Shown here: positions 20,849 through 32,039 of the stretch, one piece after another
Position numbering within the stretch: position 1 is the stretch's first letter
Layout: every line of letters begins with the position of its first letter
Assembly (NCBI GenBank): GCA_965219995.1
Contig: CBDCOX010000002.1
Coordinates: forward strand, 2,880,001-2,944,000
DNA: 64,000 bases
Source of the DNA: Candidatus Latescibacterota bacterium
GTDB taxonomy: Bacteria; Latescibacterota; UBA2968; GCA-2709665
Direction of reading: 5' to 3'
Program-made: the position numbers and the translations under genes
Notes under the pieces: generated by a model
The model's database searches: none
Told to the model about the DNA's origin: nothing
What the model saw: the letters and a program-made list of their open reading frames with translations, nothing else

Positions 20849-21444
20849 TCAAAGGCCGTACTCGAAGGTGAGTTCCCTCTTCACATCCGTTTTCTCGACG
20901 CTCCCTTTGATATCCTCCATCATTTCCAGCCATCTGTGTTCCCTGAATTTCCCGAAGTCAAAGACGAATCCGGGAAGGGCCCTGCTCTCGACGAGGCCGG
21001 CCGGCTCCTGGCCGAGCACCTCGAATTTCCCGCCTCGAAGCTGGTACCACGTTGCCGGTTTTCCGTTCTCCACGAACAACGCCTCCTGTACGCCGGAAGC
21101 TTCGTAAATCTGGCGCTTCTTTCCCAGATCCGTAAATCCGTGCTTGGATTCGATTTCAAGCACGAAATTGGGCGGCCCTTCGTAGACCTGGTGATCGTGG
21201 TTCTTCCTGCAGATTTGCCGGGGTCCGCTTCTTCGCACGATCACGCCCACGCTCGGATAAACCATCACATCCGCCTTTCCGGCATAGTTGAGCCGTACCG
21301 GAGGGAAGAGGACCACGTCCATACCTGTAGCGATCATACGGTAGTAATTGACTACGGTAAGCACGTCCGTGTGATGTCGCGATACGTTCGCGTCGGGAAT
21401 CCACATGATGATCCTCCCTCCTCGTCAATTCCGTTCGTACTCAT
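20849..21444 (-). CDS. Uma2-family (restriction-endonuclease-like) protein, probable 5' frameshift
   Basis: GPPNFVLEI, DLGKKRQIYEASGVQE, SRALPGF; the SD-preceded ATG at 21444 is 1 nt out of frame with ORF 20849-21406. Confidence 0.65.
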
Positions 21445-21457
21445 CCCGGTTCCTTTC

Positions 21458-21721
21458 TTAACCTTGATTCGTCATTATTCGGGGACGTTAATTCGAAGTT
21501 GTGCAAGTTGATAAAGGCGATTTAACTGCTGATTTCAATGAACCTTCAGGTCACTGGACGTGAACGGAAAAAATGTCCTTCCGGACGACCTTTTCGGTCC
21601 GGTGAGGAAAGAACTGCAGGGTCACCGCCTTATGACACACGCCGCTTTGCACGGATGCTTTTTGAGTCTTTTGTGCTTTTTGTGGCCATTTTTCGGTGTT
21701 CTTTTTTCACATTGAGGTTAA
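21458..21721 (+). mobile_element. ~260-bp MITE, copy 2
   Basis: Same ends and TTAA flanks as 9006-9270. Confidence 0.85.
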
Positions 21722-21747
21722 TACGTACTTAATCCGGCTGGACGCAT

Positions 21748-24141
21748 TTATTCGTGGCGAAGAGCCTCAATGGGATTGGCGCTTGAGGCTCTAAAGCATT
21801 GGAATCCGACAACCAGCAACGTGCCGAGAACAGATCCCACTGCAGTGACAACAAAGGGGAACAGGCCCGTGTCCGCGCGATAGGCGAAATCCTGCAGCCA
21901 GTCCTGCATGAGGACATAAGCAAACGGCCATGCGATGAGATTGGCGATAAGCACCAGCCTGGTGAAGTCGGCGCCCAACAGGAGCGCGATTCTGCCGAAG
22001 GATGCGCCGAAGACTCTGCGAATGCCAATCTCCTTGCGCCGGCGTTCGCCCGTGTGCGCGGCGAGACCGAGCAGGCCTATGGATGCGATAAGGAACGAGA
22101 CTGCGAATCCAACGGCAAATATGCGTTGAAAGCGTAGGTATTTTCCATAATTGACCTCCAGCCGGTCATCGAGAAACGCATACCTGAATGGACGAACCGG
22201 GATAAAGCTCTTCCAGATTTCCTCAAGGCCCTGCATGGTTTCGCCGATGTTTCCGGGTGCGAGTCGCAAGTTGACCACGCGAAAGGAACGCGGGCGCAAA
22301 ACAAAGGCATTGGCGTGAAGTTTTTCAGTCAGCCGGCGCATGTGAAAGTCTTCTACGACGCCAATGATCCAGCCTTCATTATCATGAAGTTTGAACGGTT
22401 TTCCAACGGGATTTTCAAGTCCGAGTTTCTCCACCGCTGTCTCGTTGAGAATATAGGCACGTTCGAAATCATTCTCGATGCCAACGGAGAAATTGCGCCC
22501 CGCGAGGAGACCCACGCCGATCATGGGGAACAGATCTTCGTCAATGGCGTATTGCCGTATCTCGAACGCAGCGCCCGATGGATCCAGGACCATTTCCTTC
22601 CTGCTTGTCCAGCCTTCGCCCGGGAGGCTGGCAGATGCTGTTGCCGCCAGCACATCGGGGTGTTCGAGAAAGCGCTGTTTCACTTCGTTGTAGGTTTTCC
22701 TCAGCGATCCATCGACGTCAAAGATGCGGAGCGCGAGAATGTTCTCTTTCTTGAATCCCAGGTCCTTATTCAGGACATAGTCGAGTTGGACAAATGCGAC
22801 AAGGGCGACAAAAACGAGAAAGATGGAGACGGCGAACTGGATGATCACGAAAACCTTGCGGGGAAATGATCCGGTGGACCCTGAAGCGGTTTGGCTGTGC
22901 AATGCGGCAACAGGGGAAAATCGGCTGAGGAGAAACGCTGGATAAATGCCCGAGAACAGACCGACCAGAACCGTTGCAGCCAGGAGTGCAATCGCCATGT
23001 CCGGCGCCAGAAATGCAGAGAGTGGTTCCGTCTGTCCAACGATCTGTTGCCAGTAAGGCCGCGTAATGCCCGTAAGGATGAGACACAAGGGCAACGCGAG
23101 AAAGGTGAGCAGAACAGACTCGAGCAGGAATTGGAGGGCCAATTGTCGATGACCGGCGCCGACGACCTTTCGCAACCCCACTTCTTTGGCCCGAAGGGCC
23201 GCGCGCGCGGTAGAGAGATTGACAAAGTTGATACCGGCGACGAATACGACGAGCATGCCGACGGCGGTGATGGCGCGAACCACTTTGAGATCGCCCGCGG
23301 CAATGCCCGTTCCCGGACCGCTGATGCCTTCGGGGAAATCTTCAAGGCCATGAAGACGCATACGCAAGAGCGGTTGCAGGCGATGGCTGGTTGTGTTTTC
23401 CGCGTTTTCTTCGGGTATCGCCAGCGCACGCAATTGCTGTTCGGTTCGCGCCGGATCTGCATCCGTGCGCAGACGGATGAACGTCTGCACCCACCGAAAT
23501 GAGGTGCGGAATTCCCAGTTTGACCAGGCAGTGCGAACGCCTGCCGGCAGGGTTGCGGTTACAAAGTGAGGATTGAAATGCGTGTTGCGGGGTTGCTCGT
23601 CCAGAATTCCGGTGACAATGTAATCGCCCCACTGACATTCTAGCACTTTGCCCATGGGGTCTTCCCCGTTCGGGAAGAATTCGTCAACAGCTTCTTGCGA
23701 GATCACCACACCGCCGGGCTGTTCGAGCGCTTTGCGGCGATCGCCACGCTCAAGTCTGATCCCCCAGAACTCGAGATAGTTGGGATCGGCATACCAGAAC
23801 GCACGTCGTTGGGCAAACTGGCGGTATCGCACCCACCGGTGGCCGGGACGGATGCGGCTGGCCGATTCAATTCCGGCAATGGATTCGATCATTTCGGGGG
23901 TGAGCGCAGCGTGCGTGTCGATCTGAAAATCCATCTTGTACGGCGTGGTCAATTGCCGCAATACCCGGTACGTGCGATCGGCCCCCGGGCGAAACGTATC
24001 GAAGCTGGTTTCGTGAGCGACGTAGAGCCACGTCAGGAGCATGCACGTGAGACCGACGCTCAGCCCGAAGAGGTTGGCCAGCGTATACCACCGCTGGCGG
24101 ATGATGTGCCGGCAGGCGACTGTGAGGAAGTTGCGTAGAAT
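21748..24141 (-). CDS. MacB/FtsX-like duplicated ABC permease; probable ATT start
   Basis: INFVNLSTARAALRAKEVGLRKVVGA, RRKEIGIRRVFGAS, NPIEALRHE; N-terminus ILRNFLTVACR directly after the in-frame stop of the upstream gene. Confidence 0.85.
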   Translation of the reverse strand: MLRNFLTVACRHIIRQRWYTLANLFGLSVGLTCMLLTWLYVAHETSFDTFRPGADRTYRVLRQLTTPYKMDFQIDTHAALTPEMIESIAGIESASRIRPGHRWVRYRQFAQRRAFWYADPNYLEFWGIRLERGDRRKALEQPGGVVISQEAVDEFFPNGEDPMGKVLECQWGDYIVTGILDEQPRNTHFNPHFVTATLPAGVRTAWSNWEFRTSFRWVQTFIRLRTDADPARTEQQLRALAIPEENAENTTSHRLQPLLRMRLHGLEDFPEGISGPGTGIAAGDLKVVRAITAVGMLVVFVAGINFVNLSTARAALRAKEVGLRKVVGAGHRQLALQFLLESVLLTFLALPLCLILTGITRPYWQQIVGQTEPLSAFLAPDMAIALLAATVLVGLFSGIYPAFLLSRFSPVAALHSQTASGSTGSFPRKVFVIIQFAVSIFLVFVALVAFVQLDYVLNKDLGFKKENILALRIFDVDGSLRKTYNEVKQRFLEHPDVLAATASASLPGEGWTSRKEMVLDPSGAAFEIRQYAIDEDLFPMIGVGLLAGRNFSVGIENDFERAYILNETAVEKLGLENPVGKPFKLHDNEGWIIGVVEDFHMRRLTEKLHANAFVLRPRSFRVVNLRLAPGNIGETMQGLEEIWKSFIPVRPFRYAFLDDRLEVNYGKYLRFQRIFAVGFAVSFLIASIGLLGLAAHTGERRRKEIGIRRVFGASFGRIALLLGADFTRLVLIANLIAWPFAYVLMQDWLQDFAYRADTGLFPFVVTAVGSVLGTLLVVGFQCFRASSANPIEALRHE

Positions 24142-24144
24142 GTC

Positions 24145-26520
24145 TTATTCCTGGCTCAGGACGTCGACGGGGTTGGTACGGGCCGCGTTTCGGGCAAGAT
24201 GAGCCACCGTCCCCGCGGCGATAAGGAGGGTGATGGACAAACTCAGCAGGAACGGCCAGACCGTGAGATCGATCCGGTACGCAAAGGTGCGCAGCCAGTC
24301 CTGTGTCAACAAATAGGCTACGGGACAGGCAATAAATCCGGCAATGAGCGCCAGCATCGGGAATTCCCGGGCAACCCGAAGCATGAGATGCCCCTCGGAA
24401 GCGCCGACGACCTTGCGGATTGCGATCTCCCGTGTACGCCGCTGTGCCGCAAATGCCGCGAGTCCCGCCGTGCCCAGGCAGGCCAGGAGGATGGCGACGA
24501 TGGCAGACCGGAAGGCGAGCGCCCGTTGGCGGTGCTCATGACCGTACTTGGATTCCACGTAGTCTTCGATGAAGAAGCTCTCGAAAGGAATCGTGGGGAC
24601 CAGTTGAGACCAGATCTCCTCAATGTCTGAAAGCGCTTCCCGCTCACGATCGCGTTTGATTTTCAGATGCAGATATTTCAGGTTCGGACCCGCTGCCGAC
24701 AACACCAGCGGGACCATCGGCTCTCTCAGCGAGCGTACGTGAAAGTCCCGGAACACACCCACGACCCGCGCGGGTCGCCCATTGAGCAGGAACGCCTTTC
24801 CCACGGGCCGGGTCCAGCCGAATTTCTCCGCCGCCGTCTCGTTGATCATTACTTCGGTCACGTCGTCCCAACCGGTTGTCCGTTCGGCGTACGCCTGGGA
24901 GAAACTCCTTCCCGACAGAATCGGAATCTCATAACAATCGAGGAAATCTTCATTCGCTCGAAAAACCCGCGCTTCAAACTCTCGATCCGGCGAATCGACG
25001 GGCGACACAAACCTCCGTTTCGGCCAGCTGTGCCCCGGCAGGTCCAGGCTGGCAGCCGCCGAACTGATATCCGGGTGGTCCAGAAATCGCTGTTTGACCG
25101 TGTTATAGCGGCTGTTCAGGGGCAGTCGCTCGGCATCGGGTCCGAAGATCTTTACGACAACCACTCCTTCCCGGCGAAATCCCAGATCCCGCGTCCGCAC
25201 CAGGTCCATTTGCGAATAAACGACGAGCGTGGTCGCAATCAGGACGGTGGATGCCGCGAACTGCAGAATCACCAGGATCCTTCGCACCCAGAGATCTCTC
25301 GGAAGTCTTCCGCGCAGACCCCTGAATATTTCCACGGGCTGGTGGGCCGACATGTAAAGACCGGGATAGATTCCGGATACGAGGCCGGTGATCACGGCAA
25401 CGATGAGAATCCAGTGAATCTGTTCGACGACGTCGAAAACAAGCGGTTCGCCCATCAACGTCGAATACTGGGGCAGGAGCGCCCATGTCAATCCGATGGA
25501 TACCGGCAGCGCGGCATGGGTATACAGGAGGGATTCACACAGGAATTGGCCGATCACGTACCGGCGATGCGCGCCCACGACTTTGCGAAGGCCGGTCTCG
25601 CGGGCGCGAAGGGCCGATCTTGCGGTGGCCAGATTCATGAAATTGATGCACGCGATGATCAGGATGCTCAGACCCAGGACCGTTAACGGATAGAGGTCGC
25701 GAACGTCGCCGTACAACATCCCCGAGTCGCCCTTGAATCCCTCCAGGTCAACTTTGGAATAAAGGTGGATGCGCGGCATGGGCTGGAGCCGGTAGGTCGC
25801 GCCGCCGGAATCCGTGGGAAACCGGACGGCAAGCGCCCGCTCCACCGCCTCGATATCCGCGTCCGGTCGCAGGCGGATGAAGATCGGCGCCGCACGGATC
25901 GCCCAGTTGCCCGACGTGAAACGCGTAACACTGTCGAACTCGAAACGTGTATTGGTGGGAAGATTCTCCATGACGGCGATAACATTGAATGCCTGAACAT
26001 GGGTTTCCCGCTGTACCTCCACCGACCTGCCCACGGGATCCGCATCGCCGAACAACTTTCCTGCAAGGCTCCTCGTCAGCACGATGGACGCGTCACGGCG
26101 GGAAAGCGAGGCAGCATCGCCGTGAAGAACATCGAGCCCGAAAAATCCCAGGGCGTCGCCGTCGACGGGACAGAGCCGCTGGCGAAATATCCGGCCTTCC
26201 GCGCGAAACCAGGAGCTGATCTGGCGGTACTGGACCACGTCCTCCACCTGCGGATGGTCATTGCGCAGACTCACGGCGACCTTCGCCGGCAGCGCGCTCT
26301 GCCATCGGATCCGGCCGCGCTGGTCGATGTTCTTTCTCATCACGCGGTAGACGCGTTCTGCATGGGGACGAAAGGCGTCGTAGCTCATCTCATAGCGGAT
26401 ATACAGCATGATGAGCATGGCGCAGGTCAATCCGATCACCAGACTGGCAACGCTGATCGCGGTGTAGGTCTTGTTCCGGACCGCGTTGCGAATCGCGACT
26501 GTAAGGAAGTTGTATAGAAT
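24145..26520 (-). CDS. MacB/FtsX-like duplicated ABC permease; probable ATT start
   Basis: CINFMNLATARSALRARETGLRKVVGA, RTREIAIRKVVGAS, NPVDVLSQE; N-terminus ILYNFLTVAIRN. Confidence 0.85.
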   Translation of the reverse strand: MLYNFLTVAIRNAVRNKTYTAISVASLVIGLTCAMLIMLYIRYEMSYDAFRPHAERVYRVMRKNIDQRGRIRWQSALPAKVAVSLRNDHPQVEDVVQYRQISSWFRAEGRIFRQRLCPVDGDALGFFGLDVLHGDAASLSRRDASIVLTRSLAGKLFGDADPVGRSVEVQRETHVQAFNVIAVMENLPTNTRFEFDSVTRFTSGNWAIRAAPIFIRLRPDADIEAVERALAVRFPTDSGGATYRLQPMPRIHLYSKVDLEGFKGDSGMLYGDVRDLYPLTVLGLSILIIACINFMNLATARSALRARETGLRKVVGAHRRYVIGQFLCESLLYTHAALPVSIGLTWALLPQYSTLMGEPLVFDVVEQIHWILIVAVITGLVSGIYPGLYMSAHQPVEIFRGLRGRLPRDLWVRRILVILQFAASTVLIATTLVVYSQMDLVRTRDLGFRREGVVVVKIFGPDAERLPLNSRYNTVKQRFLDHPDISSAAASLDLPGHSWPKRRFVSPVDSPDREFEARVFRANEDFLDCYEIPILSGRSFSQAYAERTTGWDDVTEVMINETAAEKFGWTRPVGKAFLLNGRPARVVGVFRDFHVRSLREPMVPLVLSAAGPNLKYLHLKIKRDREREALSDIEEIWSQLVPTIPFESFFIEDYVESKYGHEHRQRALAFRSAIVAILLACLGTAGLAAFAAQRRTREIAIRKVVGASEGHLMLRVAREFPMLALIAGFIACPVAYLLTQDWLRTFAYRIDLTVWPFLLSLSITLLIAAGTVAHLARNAARTNPVDVLSQE

Positions 26521-26528
26521 CGTCCGGC

Positions 26529-26957
26529 TCAATGCTTGGCAATCAATGCCCGTTTGCGGAGTTCCTCCGCGGTAAGATTCTCCACGCGCGTGGCAATCCA
26601 CCAGGTGATGCCCTGGCTGTCCCTGACGCCGGCGTTCCGGTCCCCGTAGAACTGGTCCGCGGGCTCCATAAGGGACTCTGCGCCAGCCTGGAGCGCGGAC
26701 GCATAGGACGCGTCGGTATCTTCCACGTACAGATACAGCGCGGCCGGCAGGGGCGGATGCCCTTCCTGAGCGGCGCCCATCATCACCACCGAATCGCCGA
26801 TCCGGACCTCCGCGTGCCTCGTGACCCCGTCCGGTCCGGGAACGCGTTCGGATTCTTCAGCCCCGAATGCGTCCTTCAGGAACGTGATCAGCGCTTCGAT
26901 ATCTTCAACGACGAGATACGGGGTGACGGTTCTGTACCCCGCGGGAGGTGACGCCAT
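26529..26957 (-). CDS. VOC/glyoxalase (PhnB-like) protein
   Basis: TVTPYLVV, HAEVRIGDSVVM, DQFYGDRNAGVRD; ATG after AAGGAG. Confidence 0.85.
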   Translation of the reverse strand: MASPPAGYRTVTPYLVVEDIEALITFLKDAFGAEESERVPGPDGVTRHAEVRIGDSVVMMGAAQEGHPPLPAALYLYVEDTDASYASALQAGAESLMEPADQFYGDRNAGVRDSQGITWWIATRVENLTAEELRKRALIAKH

Positions 26958-26995
26958 GGTTTGTCTCCTTGTGTTACGTGACGGAACCCACGGTT

Positions 26996-27784
26996 TCAGG
27001 ATTCCCAGACGTACACTCTCTTGTGGTAGACGGTCTCGAATCCGTTGCGCTGGAGATTGCCGAGCGATGTCTTCAGCATCGCGAGGGTCTCGCTGCTCGC
27101 CAGCCGGCACCCCAGTTCCGCGGCGCGATTCAGGCGCGCCCTGATGAGGGCGTTCTGCCCGCCCTTCTTTCGGTGCGCCTCGGCGGTCCCCGCCCATCCG
27201 AGATAGGCAAAGTCGCCATCGCAGGCAAGGATGGCCGCGCTGACGGGCGCGCCGGCCTCGTACGCCATGAAATGCTCGAAACCGGACTGCTCGATACTCT
27301 CGAAGAAAAACGAACTCGGCCAGGGGTCGAAGATACGGACAACCGCATCCCTGTTCTCCTCGACCTCGCCGCGCGAAACGCGGCGCACGTCAAGAGGTGT
27401 CTGAAAGGGCGGCACGGGTTCAACGGTACGAATCAACGTGGGATACGTGGTTCCCTTGAATGGCGTGAGACGGTTGTCCTGCAGCCACCCGCTGATTTCT
27501 TCGTCCTGTGGATTCGGGCTCAGCCAGAAGAAAAACCGTTCGACCCCCGAATCCCTGAAAACGTCCAGTATTTCCAATAAATCGGACCGCGAAACCCTGC
27601 CCCCGCATCCGAAAAAATACACGCCGTTTCGGTTCGCCGATGGATATGGAGATGTTGCCGAAGGAGGATCCAGTGTGACAATGGCATGTTCATTCGGTAC
27701 CTGGATCCCTGATTCGTACGGAACGCAGTCCAATTCCCTCTGCCGGATCGCCATCAATCGTCGTGCAATCTCATCGGGTCTCAT
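26996..27784 (-). CDS. GNAT-family acetyltransferase
   Basis: AGTAEAHRKKGGQNALI motif A; SLGNLQRNGF; start uncertain. Confidence 0.75.
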   Translation of the reverse strand: MRPDEIARRLMAIRQRELDCVPYESGIQVPNEHAIVTLDPPSATSPYPSANRNGVYFFGCGGRVSRSDLLEILDVFRDSGVERFFFWLSPNPQDEEISGWLQDNRLTPFKGTTYPTLIRTVEPVPPFQTPLDVRRVSRGEVEENRDAVVRIFDPWPSSFFFESIEQSGFEHFMAYEAGAPVSAAILACDGDFAYLGWAGTAEAHRKKGGQNALIRARLNRAAELGCRLASSETLAMLKTSLGNLQRNGFETVYHKRVYVWES

Positions 27785-27844
27785 GTCGGTGGTCGGAGTG
27801 ATGACGTGCGGTCTATGGTGATTCGATTCACTGTCGTTACTCGT

Positions 27845-27903
27845 TTTCTCGTGCCTTTCTCGTGCTTTTTGATTCTCATCCTGTCTATCCTGTCTATCCA
27901 TGT
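27845..27903. repeat. Short tandem repeats (TTTCTCGTGCY x2; ATCCTGTCT x2-3)
   Basis: Seen directly; similar short direct-repeat patches at 17101-17128, 18477-18503 and 30826-30861. Confidence 0.7.
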
Positions 27904-27935
27904 AAGATGTAAGTTCGGGTTTTGAATGAGAGAGT

Positions 27936-30806
27936 CTAGTTTTTCTCCAGGAGCGGTTTCAGGAACTGTCCCGTGTACGACTGCCCTGCCGCGGCCACGG
28001 TCTCGGGCGGGCCCGCCGCAATCACATCCCCTCCGTTGTGCCCGCCCTCCGGGCCGAGGTCGATCACGTGGTCGGCGGTCTTGATCACGTCCAGATGGTG
28101 CTCGATGACCACAACCGTGTGACCGGCGTCGACCAGACCGTTGAGCGCGTCGAGCAGCTTCTGGATATCGGCCAGGTGCAATCCCGTGGTTGGCTCGTCC
28201 AGGATGTAGAGATTGTGTCTGCCGCGTTTGATCTTGCCGAGTTCGCTGGCGAGTTTGACGCGCTGCGCCTCACCGCCGGAGAGGATGGTCGCCGGATGGC
28301 CGATCTTCAGGTAACCCAGACCCAGGTTGTCGAGCACGGCAAGCTTGTGGGATATGAGCCTGTTCCCGTCGAAAAACGCGACGCCTTCTTCAATGGACAT
28401 GTCGAGGACGTCGGCAATGGTCTTGTCCCGGTAGGTAACCTCCAGCGTCTCGTCGTTGTATCGTGCGCCCTTGCAGGTGGGACAGGGGACGGCAACATCG
28501 GGCATAAAGGCGAAGCTGGTCTTGATCTCGCCTTCGCCGGAACATTCTTCGCAGCGGCCGCCCTTGACATTGAAACTGAACCGGGAGGCCGTGTAACCGC
28601 GTTCGACGGCCTCCCCGGTGGATGCGAAACATTTGCGGATATTGTCGTAAAAGCCGATGTACGTCGCGGGGTTGGATCGGGGAGACCGGCCGATGGCGGA
28701 CTGATCGATGCTGACCACGTCGGCCACGTGTTCGTGGCCCGATAGGTCGTCGTGATCGCCGGAGAAGACGCGACTGTCGTGAAACAGGTTGTAGAGTTTC
28801 TTGTACAGGATTTCGTGGATGAGGGTGCTCTTGCCCGAACCGGAAGCGCCGGTAATGCAGGTAAGAATGCCGAGGGGAATCTCCACGTCGATGTTGTTGA
28901 GATTGTTCGCGCGCGCGCCTCTGATACGAATGGCCCTGGCGTTTTTCTCGCGTCGCCGGGCGGGAACGGCGATCGCTCTGGACCCGCTCAGGTATTGCGC
29001 CGTTGGCGATTCCCGGCACTTGAGCACCTCACCCACCGGCCCCGTTGCAACGACGTGCCCGCCGTGCACTCCGGGGCCGGGGCCCATTTCGATGATGTGA
29101 TCGGCGGCGCGTATGGTCTCCTCGTCGTGCTCGACGACGATGACCGTGTTGCCGATGTCGCGAAGACGCCGCATGGTGCTGATCATCTTCTCGTTGTCTT
29201 TGGGGTGCAGACCGATACTGGGCTCATCCAGAACGTACAACATTCCCATGAGCCCGGATCCGATCTGCGTTGAGAGGCGGATGCGCTGGGACTCGCCGCC
29301 GGAGAGCGTCCCGGTCGGGCGGTTGAGGTTGAGATAGTCGAGGCCGATTCCGATCAGGAGTTCGAGGCGGGACGAGATTTCGTGAATGATCTGCGAGGCG
29401 ACTTCCTTCCGTTTCGCCGGCAGGTTCAATTCCGTAAGAAAGGCCGACAGTTCCGGCAGATGCATTTCGCCCAGGCTGTGGATGTTGCGACCGTCGATGG
29501 TGACCCGCAGACGCTGTTTCTTCAACCGCTCGCCGCCGCAGTCCGGACACAGATTCTCAACCATGACTTTGCGCAGATAGTCTTCCATGCCGCCGTGGGC
29601 CGTACCCTTCTGTCTGTATCGACGGTACTGGCGCTCGATCTGATTGATGACGCCGTCGTATCGAAACTCGCGCCCGATATATTTGGCGCCGACCTTTGCG
29701 TCGGGAGGCTGTTCGATGACGACCCTTTCGCCCCGCGTGCCGTACAGCAGCAGGTCCCGGGCCTCGTCGGAAAGGTCCTTATAGGGGGTGTCGAGATCGA
29801 AGTCGTATTTCCTCGCCAGACTGTAAAGAATCCGCCCACCCCACGTATTGACATCGTACTTCAGCGCTTCCTTGACAAATGCCCCTTCGCGCAGACTGCG
29901 GTCCTTGTCCGGGGCGACCAGGTCGGGATGGGCCTTGAGATAGGTGCCCAGACCGGAACAGGTGACGCATGCGCCGGCCGGATCGTTGAACGTGAACATC
30001 CCATGATGCATGCGACCTGCGACGACGTTCGCGGATGAAGCCCCGAGCTTTCGGTGGAAGGTCTCGGCCGCCGACTTGCCGACGTCGGAGAGAACGAGGA
30101 AACTCAGGAACCCTTCGCCAATGACTTCGAGGCCGTGCGTGAGGGATGTCACGATCTGTTTGTCGAGGCCCTCGCGGACGATAAAGCGATCCACGATCAC
30201 TTCGATCCGGTAGTCTTCGTCTTCATCGAGTTCGATTTCCTCGCCCAGGTCGTGGACCGTATCGTCGATCCGCACCCTGCGGTAGCCCTTGGTGCGGACG
30301 TCGTCGAACAGGTAGGCGTAATCCTCGCCATAGATCTTGAGTACCGGTGCGCGAACTTCAACCTCCGTGCCATCGGGCAAGGTCAGCAGGTGTTCCGTCA
30401 TCTGATGCGGCGTCCAGACGCTGACTTCCTCCCCGGTGACGGGGCAGCGCGGCTGTCCGATACTTGCGAACAGCATTCGCATATAGTCATAGAGGTCCGT
30501 CATCGTCCCCACCGTCGAGCGGGGATTCTTCATCACGGTCTTCTGTTCTATGGAAACGACCGGGGAAAGGCCGTTTACGAAGTCGACGTCGGGCTTCTTC
30601 AACTGGGAGACGAATCGCCGCGCGAAGGTGGATAGCGATTCCATGAACCGCCGCTGGCCTTCGGCATATACCGTGTCGAACGCCAGGGATGACTTCCCGG
30701 AACCGCTCACGCCGGTTACAACCACCAGCTTGTCGCGCGGGATTTCGAGGTGGATGTTCCGCAAGTTGTTTTCACGCGCCCCTTTTACTTCAATCGTCGA
30801 TCTCAT
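27936..30806 (-). CDS. uvrA: Excinuclease ABC subunit A (divergent UvrA)
   Basis: [14 protein letters not shown], two LSGGE signatures, [24 protein letters not shown]...CPTCKG. Confidence 0.9.
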   Translation of the reverse strand: MRSTIEVKGARENNLRNIHLEIPRDKLVVVTGVSGSGKSSLAFDTVYAEGQRRFMESLSTFARRFVSQLKKPDVDFVNGLSPVVSIEQKTVMKNPRSTVGTMTDLYDYMRMLFASIGQPRCPVTGEEVSVWTPHQMTEHLLTLPDGTEVEVRAPVLKIYGEDYAYLFDDVRTKGYRRVRIDDTVHDLGEEIELDEDEDYRIEVIVDRFIVREGLDKQIVTSLTHGLEVIGEGFLSFLVLSDVGKSAAETFHRKLGASSANVVAGRMHHGMFTFNDPAGACVTCSGLGTYLKAHPDLVAPDKDRSLREGAFVKEALKYDVNTWGGRILYSLARKYDFDLDTPYKDLSDEARDLLLYGTRGERVVIEQPPDAKVGAKYIGREFRYDGVINQIERQYRRYRQKGTAHGGMEDYLRKVMVENLCPDCGGERLKKQRLRVTIDGRNIHSLGEMHLPELSAFLTELNLPAKRKEVASQIIHEISSRLELLIGIGLDYLNLNRPTGTLSGGESQRIRLSTQIGSGLMGMLYVLDEPSIGLHPKDNEKMISTMRRLRDIGNTVIVVEHDEETIRAADHIIEMGPGPGVHGGHVVATGPVGEVLKCRESPTAQYLSGSRAIAVPARRREKNARAIRIRGARANNLNNIDVEIPLGILTCITGASGSGKSTLIHEILYKKLYNLFHDSRVFSGDHDDLSGHEHVADVVSIDQSAIGRSPRSNPATYIGFYDNIRKCFASTGEAVERGYTASRFSFNVKGGRCEECSGEGEIKTSFAFMPDVAVPCPTCKGARYNDETLEVTYRDKTIADVLDMSIEEGVAFFDGNRLISHKLAVLDNLGLGYLKIGHPATILSGGEAQRVKLASELGKIKRGRHNLYILDEPTTGLHLADIQKLLDALNGLVDAGHTVVVIEHHLDVIKTADHVIDLGPEGGHNGGDVIAAGPPETVAAAGQSYTGQFLKPLLEKN

Positions 30807-30885
30807 CTATAATCCCGTCAGGAAAGCGAGGGAGCGAGGGAGCGAGGAAACGAGGGAACGAATATACACCACTCGCCTTCTCGCC

Positions 30886-31824
30886 CTAAATAAGCTCGAC
30901 GCTGTCTCCGTCATAATAGTACGCGGGTTCTTCAACTTCGATCCGGCTCTTCTCGGTCAGGTGGATGGGACTCGACAGCTTCTGAATGATCTCCTGCGTG
31001 ACGAGCCATTCACAGGCCGCTTCGAGGCCGCCGCCCTGGATTTTCTTTTCGAAATAATCGCTGATTTCAGAGAGTTTGCGTACTTCAGACGACTCCGAGA
31101 GATAGTCCAGAAGCGGGCGAAAGAGGTCCGGAGCCCATTGTTCGAGGCTGCGGTTCACCAGATCAAGAACGCGCTTGACGGATTCCTGAGTTTTGGGCTG
31201 ATTCACGAAATCCGTGTAGATGGCGTTGAATAACCGGGGGTTGTATTTGAGCGCCTGATGGACCACTTCCCGCCCGGGCGCTTCGTTGTGCAGGAGAACC
31301 TGGATCGAGGCAAGTTCCCGGACGACCTGCATGAGCCACCAGAAGCTGTATTCGAAGTCCTTTTTCAGGTGGAAGTACTTTTCCGCCTTGTAGAGCGACG
31401 GTATCAGAAAGGCTGAGTATCTCAGTAGCTGAAAGGCCCGGTCCCGCGTTCCGATGCGATCGATATACTCGTACCATTTCGCCACGGAATCGTCTTTGGT
31501 GAAAAGAAGCGTGCTTTTCGAAAACGTAAAGTCCAGCCATCCACCGGCGAGGTCGCCTTCGATCCGACGTTTGAAGACGCTGCGCGGAATGCGTTGCGCA
31601 TGGATGTTGACGTCGTCTTCACAGAGTGTTACATGTCCTTCTTTCACCCCATCCAGCATGACGATCCACAGGTCGATATCCGAGTTTTCCCAGACTTCGT
31701 CGTAGGACAGACTGCCGAAGAGAATCGCAGCGAGTACCGTCCGGTCGTTTTCGAGTTTTCCGACCAGAGATGACAGCGCGCCCCGGTACCGTTTTCGGAT
31801 TTCATCCGGCGTGGCAGGAGACAT
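30886..31824 (-). CDS. Pol-beta-fold nucleotidyltransferase domain protein
   Basis: LFGSLSYDEVWENSDIDL (GS-x10-DxD); ATG after AAGGTGGAG. Confidence 0.7.
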   Translation of the reverse strand: MSPATPDEIRKRYRGALSSLVGKLENDRTVLAAILFGSLSYDEVWENSDIDLWIVMLDGVKEGHVTLCEDDVNIHAQRIPRSVFKRRIEGDLAGGWLDFTFSKSTLLFTKDDSVAKWYEYIDRIGTRDRAFQLLRYSAFLIPSLYKAEKYFHLKKDFEYSFWWLMQVVRELASIQVLLHNEAPGREVVHQALKYNPRLFNAIYTDFVNQPKTQESVKRVLDLVNRSLEQWAPDLFRPLLDYLSESSEVRKLSEISDYFEKKIQGGGLEAACEWLVTQEIIQKLSSPIHLTEKSRIEVEEPAYYYDGDSVELI

Positions 31825-31979
31825 CGATAACTCCACCTTCATTATATTTAATGAACGCGAGGGAGCACATGATATACGCAGGTACGAATCAGGTGTCAAG
31901 GTCAATTCCGTGAAAAGGAACGCATCCGTCCCGGCAGGGAAAAATCAACTGAAGACGACGTTGAATACCGCAAACCGGA

Positions 31980-32039
31980 ATATCACACGTCTGTAACGCA
32001 AGGTTTGCATACCGGGGAATTCCGACACCCTGCTGTAAC
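31980..32039 (+). promoter_or_regulatory. Two candidate PHO-box-like 11-bp-period repeats
   Basis: ATATCAC-acgt-CTGTAAC and CCGACAC-cctg-CTGTAAC upstream of a phosphatase gene. Confidence 0.35.

Noticed and set aside
27785-27901. N-terminal extension of the GNAT ORF (MDRQDRQD...)
   Set aside because: Largely translated from intergenic short tandem repeats
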